Shown: one piece after another, positions 9,568-17,341 of the stretch
Layout: each line of letters starts with the position of its first letter
Position numbering within the stretch: the first letter of the stretch is position 1
Origin: a virus
Lineage: Duplodnaviria; Caudoviricetes
DNA length: 26,142 bases
Virus record (IMG/VR): IMGVR_UViG_3300035148_000147
Span: 1 to 26,142 of that record
Reading direction: 5' to 3' (one strand)
Position numbers and translations under genes: made by a program
The notes under the pieces: model-generated
What the model was told of the DNA's origin: nothing
Database searches by the model: none
What the model saw: the letters and a program-made list of their open reading frames with translations, nothing else

Positions 9568-10215
9568 TTACTCAGCAGGGAACCAAGAGCCGAGGCGGGA
9601 GTGACGCGCCGTGCCGCCGGCCGAGAGGATCGTACGAGGCCTGACGGCCACCCAGTGCTTCAGCCGGGCGATGCCACCGGCTAGCTCGGCCTGCGTGGCG
9701 CGAAGGCGGGAGTCTTCGTTCTTGTCGTACTCGTTCGCCCGAGCCCCCAGCACCAGCAGGTAGTGGAAGTCCTCGGGGATCAGGGGCTCGTCGTCGTCGT
9801 CGACCATGTTGGCGATCCGCGCCTCGTAGTCGATGGTCAACGTGTAGTTGTCGTCCGGGTAGGGCTTGAACTTGATCTTGCGATCCGAGCGCATGGCGTA
9901 GTACAGGGGAGCCCCGGTCATGGAGTCGTCCGGGTCCACCTGACGCATCCACTCCAGCGTGCGCTCCTGCAACGTCGTGTTGTCGGCCTCGTTCTGGATC
10001 GCCCGGATCTTTCGGATCCCTGCGGCCAGCGTGTACTCGTCGGCCGCGTTGGTGACCGCCAAGGTCGTCTCGGCGTCCCTGAGCTGGCCGAGTCCGACCT
10101 CGCTCAGGATGCGCCGATGCCACTCGTTCAGGAAGCGACGGATGCGGAGTCGCGCCTCGTTGCTGTTGTTGTTGATGCGCTCCAGCACATCGTCTTGCAG
10201 TTCCTTGAAGGTCAC
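9568..10215 (-). CDS. Head-tail adaptor / tail tubular protein A-like (215 aa)
   Basis: MTFKELQDDV...FLNE; G.P.YY; PYPDDNYTL; DEPLIPEDFHYLLVLGA motifs of podovirus adaptors. GTG start, SD GAGG. Confidence 0.75.
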   Translation of the reverse strand: MTFKELQDDVLERINNNSNEARLRIRRFLNEWHRRILSEVGLGQLRDAETTLAVTNAADEYTLAAGIRKIRAIQNEADNTTLQERTLEWMRQVDPDDSMTGAPLYYAMRSDRKIKFKPYPDDNYTLTIDYEARIANMVDDDDEPLIPEDFHYLLVLGARANEYDKNEDSRLRATQAELAGGIARLKHWVAVRPRTILSAGGTARHSRLGSWFPAE

Positions 10216-10222
10216 GGCTGCC

Positions 10223-10675
10223 TCACTTCTTGGCGGCCTGCTCCTCGATGATCTCGTTGAGGATCGCCGTCAGACTGTTCGGGATCTCCATGCGCTGGTC
10301 GATGCTCTTGACCGGCAGGTCGATGAACACCGTGTCGTTGCCGCCATCGTCCCGGCGCACGCGCACGTGCCACTTGCCCTTGTGGAACGTCCCCGGCTCG
10401 GTGATCTTGTTGCACAGGTCGATCTCTTTGTTGGTCATGAACTTCTCGTCCATGTCACCACCGCAGAAGATGTACCTGCGCCCGAGCTTCGGCCTGACTT
10501 CGAGGCCTTCCGGGTTGAACACGCTCACGCGCCCCGGCTTGCGTGACTCTGTGGGAGCGATGCGCTCCTGAACCTGCACGGTTGCCTGCGCCACTGCCTG
10601 CGCCACCGAAGCGGCGATCTTGGCAGTCAGGTCGTCAGTGAGAGACGGGGGAGGAACGGGCTTCTGATCGGCCAC
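10223..10675 (-). CDS. Hypothetical phage protein (150 aa)
   Basis: GTG start with SD AAGGAG. Fits between the terminator and the adaptor gene; protein-like composition. Confidence 0.7.
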   Translation of the reverse strand: MADQKPVPPPSLTDDLTAKIAASVAQAVAQATVQVQERIAPTESRKPGRVSVFNPEGLEVRPKLGRRYIFCGGDMDEKFMTNKEIDLCNKITEPGTFHKGKWHVRVRRDDGGNDTVFIDLPVKSIDQRMEIPNSLTAILNEIIEEQAAKK

Positions 10676-10699
10676 AAAGACTCCTTGTGAAAGAGAACT

Positions 10700-10737
10700 G
10701 AAAGAGCCCCTGCCTTAGTAAAGGCAGAGGCCCTTTC
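10700..10737 (-). terminator. Rho-independent terminator after the capsid/decoration genes
   Basis: Minus strand GAAAGGGCCTCTGCCTT-TACT-AAGGCAGGGGCTCTTTC, followed by AGTTCTCTTTC. Starts 6 nt after the stop of 10744..11211. Confidence 0.75.
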
Positions 10738-10743
10738 GCTAAA

Positions 10744-11211
10744 CTACCCGAGACAGACCACCACGCCAGCCGTCGAGCTGTCAGCCGCCGTGGTCAGAGC
10801 CACCGCAGGGATCGTCCCCACGAGGTCCGTTGCAGCCGTCGACAGGATGAACGCGCCGTCCACCGTGTCGCTGGCCTGAAGCAGAGAGCCGACCGCCGTG
10901 CTATCCTCGACCAGCGCCGTGACGATGCCACGGCAGAGGAGGAAGCCGTACTCGCCGGACGCGAACGCCGTGTCCGCAACGCCAGCGATGGCCTGGTTCG
11001 CCGCCGTGACGACGCGAATGTCGTCGTAGCCAGCGGCGGAACCCTGAAACGTGCAGACCGACTTGACCGGAATGGTCGCGCCGGCCTTGATGTAGACGTA
11101 CTCGGAGCCGCCCTCGGCGATGGCGCGAGTGCCCAGCGGCAACTCCTGAGTCGTCGTGCGTCGAGTCGTGTTGCCGGGGAACCCGGAGTAGGGACCAGTG
11201 AGTCTCGCCAT
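10744..11211 (-). CDS. Capsid decoration/cement-like protein, paralogue 2 (155 aa)
   Basis: PLGTRA...EYVYIKAG...GVA...YGF pattern, downstream of the major capsid gene. Clear paralogue of 11224..11673. Confidence 0.7.
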   Translation of the reverse strand: MARLTGPYSGFPGNTTRRTTTQELPLGTRAIAEGGSEYVYIKAGATIPVKSVCTFQGSAAGYDDIRVVTAANQAIAGVADTAFASGEYGFLLCRGIVTALVEDSTAVGSLLQASDTVDGAFILSTAATDLVGTIPAVALTTAADSSTAGVVVCLG

Positions 11212-11223
11212 GTTCGTACCCCC

Positions 11224-11673
11224 TTACCGGAGCACGATGGCGGAACCAGCCGCGACACCCGTGACCAGCGCAACCGCAGGCGTGGAAGGAAGCGAGGTAG
11301 CCGCCGCCAGCGTCAGCGTGCCAGCCGTCGCCTTGGTGACGAGCAGGGAACCCGCCGCGTCGGACGTGTTCACCTTGCAGGTGCAAACGCCCTTCGACTG
11401 GATGAAGCCGTAGGCGTTCGCGTCGAACGCCGCGTCGGCCACGCCAACGATGTACTGCTGAGTGGCCGAGGTCGGACGCACATCGTCGTAGCCGGCCGCG
11501 CTGCCGTTGAACTTGCAGGCGTCGTACTGCGCGATGCTCGCGCCGGCCTTGATGTACACGAACTCTTCGCCCGAGGGGCCGTAGGCCCTCGTGCCGAGCG
11601 GCATCTCCTGCGTCGTGGTCCGGCGCGTGGAGTCGCCAACGAAGCCCACGTAGGGGCCAGTGAGTCGAGCCAT
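11224..11673 (-). CDS. Capsid decoration/cement-like protein, paralogue 1 (149 aa)
   Basis: ATG at 11673 with SD AAGGAG (preferred over the GTG at 11769). MARLTGPYVGF...PLGTRAY...FVYIKAG...YGFIQSKG. Confidence 0.7.
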   Translation of the reverse strand: MARLTGPYVGFVGDSTRRTTTQEMPLGTRAYGPSGEEFVYIKAGASIAQYDACKFNGSAAGYDDVRPTSATQQYIVGVADAAFDANAYGFIQSKGVCTCKVNTSDAAGSLLVTKATAGTLTLAAATSLPSTPAVALVTGVAAGSAIVLR

Positions 11674-11687
11674 GTCTGTTCTCCTTG

Positions 11688-11805
11688 TTGCTGGTGAGGT
11701 CCGGTGAGAAGCCCACCAGACAACGAATCGGGGGAGCGAGGTCCGGGGGTGGAGTGGAGTCCGGGCCACTGCCGCAAGCGCGGCGACCGAAGCCCACTCC
11801 CCCGA
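11688..11805 (-). other. Structured intergenic element (tandem stem-loops) between the capsid and decoration genes
   Basis: TCGGGGGAGTGGG pairs with CTCGCTCCCCCGA (13 bp including G-U); CTGGTGGG pairs with CTCACCAG. GTGGGCTTC and CCGGACCTC each occur twice. Confidence 0.55.
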
Positions 11806-11814
11806 CAGGGTTGA

Positions 11815-12780
11815 CTACGCGATGGAGTAGATCACGCCGAGCCGCCGACGCTGCTTGGCGACGAGGTTGCCGACCGAGACCACCTTGCGCACGTCGATGG
11901 TCTGGTTCGCCGGCTCGATGGGCTCACCGAGCTTGAGCCAGAGGCCCTTCGCGACGTACAGCTTGATGGCGTCCTCGTTGAGGAAGTACATCCGAGCCGT
12001 GCTGGCCATGGCCGGATCGAACGCGAGCAGCATCCCCTTGTGCTTCAGCACTTCGTTCTTGAACGCGCCCTCGCCCTCGCTCTTCGAGGTGAACCGCTCG
12101 TTGGCCGTCAGCAGGCCCTCGTAGCCCTCGAACACGGCCTGATCGGCCACGCCGAAGGTCGGGTGCGAAGCGAACGCTCCGTCCGAGCAGTCATTGTACA
12201 TCTTCCTCATGTTGGCGCGAAGCTCGGAGAACGAGGAGCCGCCGTCGTTCTTCGTGTTCGACCTCCACCACGTGAAGGTGTTCTGGTTGATCGTGCCGAT
12301 GCTCACGCTGGCCGTCGGATCGTCGGGGACGAGCACGGGCAGGGAGTGGAAGTCCTTCGAGGCCGGGCTGGCCGCGTACAGCATCGTGTTGATCGCGGTC
12401 TTCGCCGACTTGATGGCGTTGTCGATCTTGTGTTCGAGGATGTCGAACTTCTTCGCCTTGCCCGAGTTCTTGAACACCTCGATCCAGGACGTGACGATGG
12501 TTCCCGCGTGCTCCTTCCAGTCGTACTGGGCGGCGTCCACGGTGTCCACCTTGTACACGTCGAGGGCCTCCATGTCGGAGTAGCTCTTGAACGTGCTGTT
12601 CGTGCCGTACTCCAGCGTGACCTCGATCTGCGCACCGCCGTCGAGGGTGACCATCCCGCCGTTCTTGGTGGTCAGGCGGTTGAACAGCCAGAGATCCTTG
12701 AAGATGTTGTCGACCGGCTTGTCGGTGACAACCCGGTTCCACGTCGAGGCCAGCAACTGGCCGATGTTCGGATTCGCCAT
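11815..12780 (-). CDS. Major capsid protein (HK97 fold, 321 aa)
   Basis: DNIF...LF..L...GG.QI...LEYG.N; A.YDWK; IGTINQNTFTWWRS; YFLN; GNL....RR..GV motifs. Follows the scaffold gene; very strong G/C-ending codon bias. Confidence 0.9.
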   Translation of the reverse strand: MANPNIGQLLASTWNRVVTDKPVDNIFKDLWLFNRLTTKNGGMVTLDGGAQIEVTLEYGTNSTFKSYSDMEALDVYKVDTVDAAQYDWKEHAGTIVTSWIEVFKNSGKAKKFDILEHKIDNAIKSAKTAINTMLYAASPASKDFHSLPVLVPDDPTASVSIGTINQNTFTWWRSNTKNDGGSSFSELRANMRKMYNDCSDGAFASHPTFGVADQAVFEGYEGLLTANERFTSKSEGEGAFKNEVLKHKGMLLAFDPAMASTARMYFLNEDAIKLYVAKGLWLKLGEPIEPANQTIDVRKVVSVGNLVAKQRRRLGVIYSIA

Positions 12781-12801
12781 GATTGGCTACCTTTCGTGCG
12801 C

Positions 12802-13818
12802 TTACTCGTCGTCCCCCATGCCCAGCTCGGCGGCAGTGGCTTCGAGCACCTCGCGGATACTCATCTTCGAGTACGCCACGGGATCGCTCACCACTTTCTG
12901 TGGGTTCTGAGTTGTTGCGCGTCCCTTCTGTTTCAGCTCAGCGAGCACCTGCTGGCGGATCCGTTCCTCGATGCTCTTCGTGTCGGTGAGCTTGGGGAGC
13001 ACCACGTCGCGGTAGGCGGCATCGAGCGGGATACGCTTCGTGTACATCGCCTCTGCGACGGCCTTGCGGTTCGCGGGATCGGCCATGCCCGGCCACTTCA
13101 GGGCTTCCTGATAGACGCGGGTTGCCTCTGCGTTGATCCGCTCGGCCTGCTCTCTCTGGCGTGTGGCCTTCTCGAAGGGCTCCAGCTTCGCGCTGACCTT
13201 GCCCTCGAACTGGCGCTCTTGCCACGCCATCAGCTTGTCCATCTGGTCGGAGCTGTAAACCAGTCGACCGTCTTCCAACAGCACATCGGGCTGTGGCTTC
13301 TCGTCGGCCGGCTTCTTCGGCTCGGCAGCCTGTTGGGCTGGCGACCAGAGGCGCTCGACCTCAGCCCTGAGGCTGGGATCGGAGCGGAGCCGCTCGGTGA
13401 CCTGTCGATAGAACTCGACCGGGTTCTGGTTGGCGAACTCGTAGATCCGCAGGGCCTCTTCGACGGCCGCTCGGTCTTTCTCCTTCGCCCACGCGAGCTG
13501 CTCAAGCTGAGCCTGCGCCTCGGCTCTCGCCTTGGCGCGGGTGTTCTCCAAGATCTTCCTGACCCGAGGCACCGGGATCGAACCGCCCACGGGCAGCTCG
13601 AACTCTTCGGTGACGGGTTGCTCGGCCGGCGTCTCGGCCTGCGGCGTCTCCACTGTCGCGGGAGTGGCGTCTTCCGCCGCTGGTGATGCGCTGGCTTCGC
13701 TGGTGGACTCCGACTCGGACGCTGGCGATGCGTCCTCGCTGCTGCCCTCGAAATCGGCACCGGCCTCTTCGAGTTGTGCGGCCGCAGCTTCCATCTCGCC
13801 CCGGATGTTCAGTTCCAC
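12802..13818 (-). CDS. Capsid scaffolding protein (338 aa)
   Basis: Acidic low-complexity N-terminus, IPVPRVRKI motif, helical body. Immediately upstream of the capsid gene; SD GAAGGAG with GTG start. Confidence 0.75.
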   Translation of the reverse strand: MELNIRGEMEAAAAQLEEAGADFEGSSEDASPASESESTSEASASPAAEDATPATVETPQAETPAEQPVTEEFELPVGGSIPVPRVRKILENTRAKARAEAQAQLEQLAWAKEKDRAAVEEALRIYEFANQNPVEFYRQVTERLRSDPSLRAEVERLWSPAQQAAEPKKPADEKPQPDVLLEDGRLVYSSDQMDKLMAWQERQFEGKVSAKLEPFEKATRQREQAERINAEATRVYQEALKWPGMADPANRKAVAEAMYTKRIPLDAAYRDVVLPKLTDTKSIEERIRQQVLAELKQKGRATTQNPQKVVSDPVAYSKMSIREVLEATAAELGMGDDE

Positions 13819-13875
13819 ACGGTCTCCTTCTGACTGTTGTTACCGCCTCTGTATCGTCGGGCGGCCTCACCGAGT

Positions 13876-13950
13876 TGGATGCGGGAGGGGGACTCGAACC
13901 CCCGGCCTTCAGGGTATGGGCCTGACGAGCTGCCGCTGCTCCATCCCGCA
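13876..13950 (-). tRNA. tRNA-Met(CAT), initiator (fMet)-like but atypical; CCA encoded
   Basis: TGCGGGA TG GAGC AGCGGCA GCTC G TCAGG CCCATAC CCTGA AGGCC GGGGG TTCGAGT CCCCC TCCCGCA T CCA. Full cloverleaf; D arm with A11-U24 as in bacterial tRNA-fMet. Confidence 0.9.
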
Positions 13951-13951
13951 A

Positions 13952-14167
13952 TCACGGCTGGTCAATGTAGGCTGGCGGCAAGTTTGCCGGATCACCCACC
14001 TGACCGTGCTGCCTCATGTCTGAGACACGCAAATATCTGAGGTGGTCCTCGATCAGTTCCAAGAGCTGCTTGCTGCCCCCCGTGCCCAGCACCGCGATGA
14101 TCGCGTCGAGCTTCTCGATGACTTCCTGTTCCCACAGGGTCTTGCGAGGAGCGAGCGGGGCAGCCAT
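13952..14167 (-). CDS. Hypothetical protein (71 aa)
   Basis: ATG with SD GGAGG; stop lies 1 nt before the tRNA 5' end. Confidence 0.65.
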   Translation of the reverse strand: MAAPLAPRKTLWEQEVIEKLDAIIAVLGTGGSKQLLELIEDHLRYLRVSDMRQHGQVGDPANLPPAYIDQP

Positions 14168-14177
14168 TGGAACCTCC

Positions 14178-14489
14178 TTACGGAACCATGACCTGGATCT
14201 TCTTCTCGAACGAGGGCGTCACGATCTCGCGGCCCGGCGACGAGGCCCGGCCATAGACGCGCTCGGCGTGCTGGCACTCCAGCTTGTACGTGTTGTCGTC
14301 GCGGCTGTTGTTCCCCCAGCACCTCGCGCCCTTCGGCCCTGAGGCGTCCGCGCACTTGTTGCAGTAGATGTCGAAGGACAACCCTCGGCTGGTCAGCCAC
14401 GCCTCGAACTCCACCACTCGCCGCACCTCTTCGCGGCTGAGCGTCTGGATCTCCCTCTTCGCTGGCGCACCGTTCGGTCTGATGATCAC
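14178..14489 (-). CDS. Hypothetical protein with possible Zn site (CNKC...CQH), 103 aa
   Basis: GTG with SD AAGGAG; G/C-ending codon bias; tight operon packing. Confidence 0.7.
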   Translation of the reverse strand: MIIRPNGAPAKREIQTLSREEVRRVVEFEAWLTSRGLSFDIYCNKCADASGPKGARCWGNNSRDDNTYKLECQHAERVYGRASSPGREIVTPSFEKKIQVMVP

Positions 14490-14498
14490 AACTGCTCC

Positions 14499-14843
14499 TT
14501 AGTAGGGGGCCGTGCCCACGTCCGTCTTGCGCACCCAACCCTTGCCGGGCCCACCCCACACCAGTCCGGGCACCTTCGGGTGCGGCGAGCCGATCCGGCG
14601 CACGCCGGTCTTCGGGTCGATGTCGGGCACGCCGGTCTTCTTGATCACGGCCGTGCCACCGGTCTGCTCGATGCCGCCGATGCCGCGAGCGCGAGCGAGC
14701 GAGGCCAGGTCCACAGGACCGGCCGGCGCAGGCGCGGGAGCCGGCGCAGGCGCACCGCCGGGCATGGGGACGGGCGTCGGCGCTGGGCCCTGTTGCTCCT
14801 GCAACATTCCAGCGATGGCGAGCGAGAGAGGATCGAGGGCCAT
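14499..14843 (-). CDS. Pro/Ala/Gly-rich hypothetical protein (114 aa)
   Basis: ATG at 14843, 1 nt after the previous stop. PAPAPAPA linker and a small C-terminal domain (VWGGPGKGW). Confidence 0.6.
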   Translation of the reverse strand: MALDPLSLAIAGMLQEQQGPAPTPVPMPGGAPAPAPAPAPAGPVDLASLARARGIGGIEQTGGTAVIKKTGVPDIDPKTGVRRIGSPHPKVPGLVWGGPGKGWVRKTDVGTAPY

Positions 14844-14844
14844 G

Positions 14845-15162
14845 TTAGATCCACCGTGTCGTGTTCGGGTTCTTGTCACTGCCCGGCGAACCTACGTGCC
14901 GGACCTTCTGGCTGAGTCCGCGCTTCTCGGCCTCGAACTTCAGCTCGCTCTTCGAGTAGACCTTCACCGGGCGATGCCCGAGGTTCTCGACGACCATGCC
15001 GCCGGGGATCTCGTCGGGGATCACGCCGTAGCCCCCGAGGAAGATCCGCTCGGTCTTGCCGCCGCAGATCGGGCAGGGCGGGTGCTGGCCGGGCAGGGCG
15101 TAGATCTCGTCCGTCCAGTCGCACGCCGTGCAGTGCTGGTCGTACTTCTTCTCGCCGCTCAC
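14845..15162 (-). CDS. FmdB-like zinc-ribbon protein (105 aa)
   Basis: YDQHCTAC...CPICGGKTERI zinc ribbon. This type of protein is common between portal and scaffold genes. GTGA-coupled start. Confidence 0.7.
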   Translation of the reverse strand: MSGEKKYDQHCTACDWTDEIYALPGQHPPCPICGGKTERIFLGGYGVIPDEIPGGMVVENLGHRPVKVYSKSELKFEAEKRGLSQKVRHVGSPGSDKNPNTTRWI

Positions 15163-15188
15163 TTCTTGCCCTTCTTCTTGCAGGCCAT
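15159..15188 (-). CDS. 9-aa Lys-rich mini-ORF MACKKKGKK
   Basis: TGATG overlap upstream and GTGA overlap downstream; AGGAG lies 9-13 nt before the ATG. Confidence 0.45.
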   Translation of the reverse strand: MACKKKGKK

Positions 15189-16414
15189 CAGTAGGTCTCC
15201 TGCCAGCGCAGTGCGCCGAAGTAGGTCTCCACCGCCGCCGTGATGTTCTGGACCGCCAGCACCAGGATGTCTGCCGTGCCGTCGATCTTGGCTCCCAGCC
15301 GGAACGCCTCTGGAGCCCCGGCCGCGACGGTGATGCGAGCCTGTTGTGTGCCCGTGCCGTACCCGCTTGCGATGATCGTGCCGCCGCTCACGGTCGTCGC
15401 GTTCGTTGCGCCAGCGGCGGCCTCGATGGCCGAGTTGGTGATCGACGAGAACGACAGGGCCGTGCCAGTGACCGTGGGGTTCAGCTTGAGCGACCACCGC
15501 CAGTCTGACACGGTGGTACACATCGTCTCGATCTCTTTGATCGCGACATCGGCTCCGAGATGCGTGCTCTTGAGCCTGATCGCCAGCAACGGGTAGATCG
15601 ACGTGTTGTTTCCCGTGGCCAGCCCGGTGATGCCCCGGTCGACGCTGAAGTCCCGGCCGACGCTCTCCGATCCGCCCTCGCTGATCACGGTCGAGCAGAT
15701 GCACACCAGCGTGGCGCTCGCGTGCGTGCCCGTGCCGACCAGCTCGTACCTGAGTGGCAGGTTCGGCGTGCTCATGTAGACCTTGTTGAGCACGTTATTG
15801 TGGTGTACTGCGTGGAGCTGGATCGGCTTCCCTTCGTGGAAGATCCCGTACCGCACCGTGCCTACACCGAGCCACTCGTAGTCGATCCAGAAGATCTGCG
15901 ACTTCGTGAGATCGTACCCTGCCGGGAATCGCCCGTCCCAACTGGTCGAGGCCACCGTGGTGTCGACGGCCGCGCCCGAGGAATACGTGCGCTCACCCAC
16001 GCTGAACACGCCGTCCTTCATCTCGAAGAACAGGCCGTTCTGGTCGTCAAAGATGCCCCACCGCTTCGTGACGTTGGTGTCGTTCGCGCCGGGCACCAGC
16101 GTCATGACGACGAGCTGGCTCTTGCCCGGCTGGTAGTTGAACCGGCGGAACGTCTGACGCACGCGCCGGCCAGCCGTGTTCACGGCCACGCCCAGCGAGA
16201 CGGCTGCCTGATTGCTCAGGTACGTCGAGGACGCCGTGCCGCTGATCTGCTGGTCGTCCCACACCAGTGGCGTGTTGTCGACGGTGAGCTTCGAGTCGAA
16301 CAGCGTCTGAGGCGCGGCGACCCGCAACCGGCCAAACGCATCCTTGTCCGCCGTGCCCGGAGAGAACGCCACCCAGCGGAACTGGTCGAGGCCACCCCAG
16401 CGGCTATTCGCCAT
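15188..16414 (-). CDS. Beta-rich probable virion protein of the 'DAFGRLRV' type (408 aa)
   Basis: DAFGRLRV..PQTLFD, RQT.R.F.YQPGKS, IDYEWLGVG.VR.G and PNLPLRYE motifs, recalled from many environmental phage proteins. SD GAGG. Confidence 0.65.
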   Translation of the reverse strand: MANSRWGGLDQFRWVAFSPGTADKDAFGRLRVAAPQTLFDSKLTVDNTPLVWDDQQISGTASSTYLSNQAAVSLGVAVNTAGRRVRQTFRRFNYQPGKSQLVVMTLVPGANDTNVTKRWGIFDDQNGLFFEMKDGVFSVGERTYSSGAAVDTTVASTSWDGRFPAGYDLTKSQIFWIDYEWLGVGTVRYGIFHEGKPIQLHAVHHNNVLNKVYMSTPNLPLRYELVGTGTHASATLVCICSTVISEGGSESVGRDFSVDRGITGLATGNNTSIYPLLAIRLKSTHLGADVAIKEIETMCTTVSDWRWSLKLNPTVTGTALSFSSITNSAIEAAAGATNATTVSGGTIIASGYGTGTQQARITVAAGAPEAFRLGAKIDGTADILVLAVQNITAAVETYFGALRWQETY

Positions 16415-16565
16415 GAAGCACCTCGGGTTTCAGGGAGCGCAACTGCCCCACCAGCTTCCGGGCCAGCGCCAGCGTGTCGCACCGTCCGACCGTCCACCAG
16501 ATGAAGAACCGGCGACGTTGGACCGCGAAGGGGTGCTCGCGCAACTCGACGCGGATCCTGAACAT
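16404..16565 (-). CDS. Small basic hypothetical protein (53 aa)
   Basis: TAATG-coupled start. MFRIRVELREHPFAVQRRRFFIWWTV...; overlaps the next start by 11 nt. Confidence 0.55.
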   Translation of the reverse strand: MFRIRVELREHPFAVQRRRFFIWWTVGRCDTLALARKLVGQLRSLKPEVLHGE

Positions 16566-16675
16566 TACTTCTTCTCGTCCTTCTTGTCGGTGATCTTCTC
16601 GACGGCCGCACCGGCAGCCGCAGAGACTACGGTCTCGCCCAGCCACTTGAAGAACTTCTTCCAGGGGATCCCCAT
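16565..16675 (-). CDS. 36-aa amphipathic peptide MGIPWKKFFKWLGETVVSAAAGAAVEKITDKKDEKK
   Basis: Below the ORF-track cutoff. ATG at 16675 preceded by AAGGTAGAG; TAA at 16565 coupled to the next ATG; mostly G/C-ending codons. Confidence 0.6.
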   Translation of the reverse strand: MGIPWKKFFKWLGETVVSAAAGAAVEKITDKKDEKK

Positions 16676-16971
16676 GTCTCTACCTTCGGCGCTGTGAACA
16701 GCTTCTCACGTCGTTTGTGTGGCAACCGCTTCTTCCAGATCACGCCCTTGATGTACGCCTTGCGGATCGGCAAGGTCATGAGGGCGGCCCGGTTGCCCAG
16801 CTCCCGGTTGCAGAACTGGCAACAGGGAACCTCTTCCTGCGGCCACGGGAGCCGCCAGCGTTTGATCAGCGACTGTGGCGGTACATGGTCAATGGCCTCG
16901 GCTTGGTCGCCGCAGTAGGTACACGTGATCCCAGTGAAGTCAATCTTCTGATCGCTTGAGAACTGGGACAT
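16627..16971 (-). CDS. HNH endonuclease (114 aa)
   Basis: CTYCG...IDHVPP...VPCCQFCN zinc/HNH motif. SD GAGGTG. Confidence 0.8.
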   Translation of the reverse strand: MSQFSSDQKIDFTGITCTYCGDQAEAIDHVPPQSLIKRWRLPWPQEEVPCCQFCNRELGNRAALMTLPIRKAYIKGVIWKKRLPHKRREKLFTAPKVETWGSPGRSSSSGWARP

Positions 16972-17341
16972 CGGTCACCTCGATCACCTGACCCGCGTCG
17001 GGCGCGAGACCCGGCAGTCGGATGCCGATCATGATGTTCGTGCCGCCGCTGGGGGCCGCCACAGGCTGAGGCTGCACCACGCCGGCTCGTTCGAGGGCCC
17101 ACTGCGCCGGCTCGGCTCGGCCCTTCTCGGCCGCCACGCGAGCGGCCGCGAGGTGGATGTCGAGGTACTCTCGGGCGCGAGCCTTCAGCTCCAGCGCGGT
17201 CCCGTCGAGGATCTCGTCGACCTTGGCCTTGGTCAGGCCCAGCACCCGGCCGGCGTCCTTGCGGCTCAGGCCTTGGTCGGTCATGGCCACCAGCGCGGCA
17301 GCCTGCTCGACCTGATCCTTGACCTTCTTCCTACCGGCCAC
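16940..17341 (-). CDS. Probable terminase small subunit / HTH protein (133 aa)
   Basis: N-terminal HTH (QGLSRKDAGRVLGLT), helical AAEKG...AQWALER segment and C-terminal beta strand (TNIMIGI), matching TerS architecture. GTG overlaps the portal end. Confidence 0.55.
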   Translation of the reverse strand: MAGRKKVKDQVEQAAALVAMTDQGLSRKDAGRVLGLTKAKVDEILDGTALELKARAREYLDIHLAAARVAAEKGRAEPAQWALERAGVVQPQPVAAPSGGTNIMIGIRLPGLAPDAGQVIEVTDVPVLKRSED

